Source: a virus (Duplodnaviria > Caudoviricetes). From it: 28,371 nt of DNA. The first letter of the stretch is position 1, and each line of letters opens with the position of its first letter. The translations under genes were made by a program, and so were the position numbers. The notes below the pieces were generated by a model that saw only the letters and a program-made list of their open reading frames with translations, was not told the DNA's origin and ran no database searches. The DNA lies in the IMG/VR virus record IMGVR_UViG_3300030372_001252, positions 1-28,371 of that record; one strand, 5' to 3'. Shown piece by piece: positions 26,080 to 28,371 of the stretch.

Positions 26080-26232
26080 TTACGCATTTACATCGTTTAC
26101 TTTTTTCTTAGCTGATGCTTTTAACTTTGGATGTAGTTTAACAGCATCTTTTAGTTTTTGTAAGTCACCTGCTGCATCTTTAACAGCTTTGTCAAAGGCT
26201 CCGTGACTTTTTCTTAGAGGATCATATACCAT
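26080..26232 (-). CDS. 50-aa basic micro-ORF (MVYDPLRKSHGAFDKAVKDAAGDLQKLKDAVKLHPKLKASAKKKVNDVNA)
   Basis: Hand-translated. GGAGCATAACTATG junction provides an RBS. Confidence 0.65.
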   Translation of the reverse strand: MVYDPLRKSHGAFDKAVKDAAGDLQKLKDAVKLHPKLKASAKKKVNDVNA

Positions 26233-26234
26233 AG

Positions 26235-26399
26235 TTATGCTCCATAAATATCTTTTGAATCTAGTACAGGCTTCTGTGCTAAACCTTTTCCTTTACCTTT
26301 GTAATTTCTAAAATCTTTATAAGGACTAGTATTAGGTAAAGTTTTCTGCAACAATTTTACTTGAGCAGGTGTGAGTGCATCTTTGTTAGCGTCAGCCAT
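26235..26399 (-). CDS. 54-aa basic micro-ORF (MADANKDALTPAQVKLLQKTLPNTSPYKDFRNYKGKGKGLAQKPVLDSKDIYGA)
   Basis: Hand-translated. GAGGAATAACTATG junction provides an RBS. Confidence 0.65.
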   Translation of the reverse strand: MADANKDALTPAQVKLLQKTLPNTSPYKDFRNYKGKGKGLAQKPVLDSKDIYGA

Positions 26400-26401
26400 A
26401 G

Positions 26402-26536
26402 TTATTCCTCGTTAGGTCCAGTGTTTCTGAGTGTTCCGTCAGGATTATATTTTTTCCTACGTGCTCTTTCTGCAGCTAGTCTTTGTGCTTCTGTTGCAGA
26501 TTTATGTATCTGCTTTGCTTCATCATAGGTTGGCAT
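26402..26536 (-). CDS. 44-aa micro-ORF (MPTYDEAKQIHKSATEAQRLAAERARRKKYNPDGTLRNTGPNEE)
   Basis: Hand-translated. ATG 1 nt after the scaffold stop, with GGAG upstream. Confidence 0.65.
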   Translation of the reverse strand: MPTYDEAKQIHKSATEAQRLAAERARRKKYNPDGTLRNTGPNEE

Positions 26537-26537
26537 A

Positions 26538-27374
26538 TTAAAACTCCAAGTTGTCAGATCGTTCTAGTTTTGCGATAACATCTTGCCTATAAGCAGGGTC
26601 GTTATCATACCTTCTATCACTCATAGCTGCAACTAATTCTGCTTGACTACGGTAGACATCTTTTGTATTAGTGGGTGCTTTACCTGTTAACATTGTACCT
26701 TCATATCCATTTGAGTTTTCATACTGTGCTTTGAGTCCAGAGACTGCTAGTTTGATAGCTTCTACACTACCTGAATTTATTATACTATCAAAAGCTTCAA
26801 TAGAAGTTGTAGGTAAATTCTCACCAGCCCACTGTACCATATTATTATATGCTGTCTCTCCACCAGCAGCATTCTTAACTTCATTTACTACAGCAGTACT
26901 TATATCTGCTACCTCTGCTTCTTGTGAAGCCTGTGGTAGTTGACCTTGTACTTGCATGTAAGCTTCAACCAATTCCTGACTACTCATGCTAGAAAATTTA
27001 GCTATAGTCTCAGGTGTTAGTTCTCCTTTTTCACTAAATTCATTAGATGCTGAAGTTATTAACTCAGCCGCTGCAGAAGGTTGTGAAGTTTCTTCTGTTT
27101 CTTCGCTATCTTCTTTCGACTCAGTAGGTTCGGAGTCCCCAGCTGATTCGCTATCTTCATCACCTTTTTCTCCAAGTTTTTTTTGAAGTTCTCCATAGGC
27201 TTTTTCTAATTCTTGTGCTGACTTATATTTACCAGCAAATAACTGTTCTTGTTCTTGTTGTATACTTTCTCCTACTTGCAGTGAGTCTTGCTCTTCAGCT
27301 GTAAGTTGTACACCTTCAGCTTCTCCAGCTACTTCTGCTTGTGGAGTTCCGTCTACTGTTAATGTTTCTGCCAT
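26538..27374 (-). CDS. gp9: Capsid assembly (scaffolding) protein
   Basis: Acidic, with FAGKYKSAQELEKAYGELQKKLG and YRSQAELVAAMSDRRYDNDPAYRQDV. Follows the portal. Confidence 0.92.
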   Translation of the reverse strand: MAETLTVDGTPQAEVAGEAEGVQLTAEEQDSLQVGESIQQEQEQLFAGKYKSAQELEKAYGELQKKLGEKGDEDSESAGDSEPTESKEDSEETEETSQPSAAAELITSASNEFSEKGELTPETIAKFSSMSSQELVEAYMQVQGQLPQASQEAEVADISTAVVNEVKNAAGGETAYNNMVQWAGENLPTTSIEAFDSIINSGSVEAIKLAVSGLKAQYENSNGYEGTMLTGKAPTNTKDVYRSQAELVAAMSDRRYDNDPAYRQDVIAKLERSDNLEF

Positions 27375-28370
27375 TTATTCTTCAGGTGGTTGTACTGCTT
27401 GTGTTAAATTATTTATTCTTTCTTCAGCTTTAGGATCTTTAGAAGGGTCCATTGCTGGAGAACTTGCTAGTTGACCTGCTTGATCTACTAAGGATTGTTG
27501 AGCTTGCATCTGTTGTGCTTGCTGCATTTCTTGTCCTAACTGCTCTTCAGTTTTAACAAGGTTAAGTACATCTATACCTTGAGAAGCTGCTAATCTTTTG
27601 ATTGCTTCACCAGGATTTACATACTTTATTATAGCTTCAGCTCCTAATGTCTGAGCTATAGTACCCATAAACTGTGTTAATGCTACAGCATCTTGACCTC
27701 TACCTAACTGATTAACACCAGCTACTATACGTGGTCTTACATATTCTTTAGGTAATTTAGGAATCTGATTTGATCTCTGGAGTACTAGCAACGTTCGGTC
27801 TAAATATGGTATTAAGAACTCAACTGTTAGTAGTGAGAATAATCCACCAAGAGATTGTTCTAACTCTAGTTGAGTCATTCGTACTTCTTCCGCTGTAGTA
27901 CGTTCGGAGTCTCTGACATTAAGTATTAAGAAACCTTCTGATATTCTTTTCTCTAAACCTATCATCATCTGTGAAGCTGTAGCAAAGTCAGCAGTCTTAC
28001 CTACTTGTACTACTCCTACATCTTCTGGTCTACCTTGAATAATAGCACCGTTACCAGCTTTAGATAATGTTTGTGGTTTAGTTGTAGCTGAAGGGGATAC
28101 TAAGAATACTACTTTACTAGCTACTGAAGAACCTTCGACAAGAGCTTGTGATAGTCCGTTAAGTGATCTAAGATCTCCTAAGAACTCTTCTACTCTACCT
28201 CGTCCGTAATCTTCTCCATCTACTGTATTGAATCGAAGAACTAACCATGGATTTGCATTTTTTGGTGCTGTACTACGGCTTTCAGGGATGACCATATCAT
28301 CTACTTCCTGATGCCAGATCCAACGACCACTCTTGGGTTCCATCTTAACGCATGTGTATACTTCTGCGTC
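27375..28370 (-). CDS. gp8: Portal (head-to-tail connector), 5'-truncated by the window edge
   Basis: PWLVLRFNTVDGEDYGRGRVEE, VRDSERTTAEEVR. The frame stays open to the window end (DAEVYTCVK before the ORF-track Met). Confidence 0.95.
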   Translation of the reverse strand, partial: DAEVYTCVKMEPKSGRWIWHQEVDDMVIPESRSTAPKNANPWLVLRFNTVDGEDYGRGRVEEFLGDLRSLNGLSQALVEGSSVASKVVFLVSPSATTKPQTLSKAGNGAIIQGRPEDVGVVQVGKTADFATASQMMIGLEKRISEGFLILNVRDSERTTAEEVRMTQLELEQSLGGLFSLLTVEFLIPYLDRTLLVLQRSNQIPKLPKEYVRPRIVAGVNQLGRGQDAVALTQFMGTIAQTLGAEAIIKYVNPGEAIKRLAASQGIDVLNLVKTEEQLGQEMQQAQQMQAQQSLVDQAGQLASSPAMDPSKDPKAEERINNLTQAVQPPEE

Positions 28371-28371
28371 G

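Overview
This window is the late (structural and packaging) arm of a T7-like marine cyanopodovirus with a P-SSP7-type gene order and a Prochlorococcus-like psbA. All credible genes are on the minus strand. Reading right to left: portal (partial), scaffold, three micro-ORFs, hli, a small outer-membrane beta-barrel-like gene, psbA, an 18-aa basic peptide, a glutamine-II (Downstream-peptide) riboswitch with its DUF4278-type YRG peptide, further micro-ORFs and a terminator, major capsid and its terminator, tail tubular A and B, three internal virion proteins, a repeat-rich tail fibre, an array of accessory fibre and partner genes, a membrane/secreted gene cluster, small terminase, a 624-aa HNH/AHH-like protein and the first codons of large terminase. 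The most notable observation is that the riboswitch cassette also encodes, via a TAATG overlap, a 44-aa acidic peptide whose N-terminus copies the major capsid N-terminus at the protein level but not the DNA level. Other highlights are a tail-fibre-type domain inserted in the nozzle protein, a 26-nt motif repeated after two paralogous fibre genes, and a dual-frame secreted-protein pair. Assignments come from motif recognition and synteny only; no searches were run.
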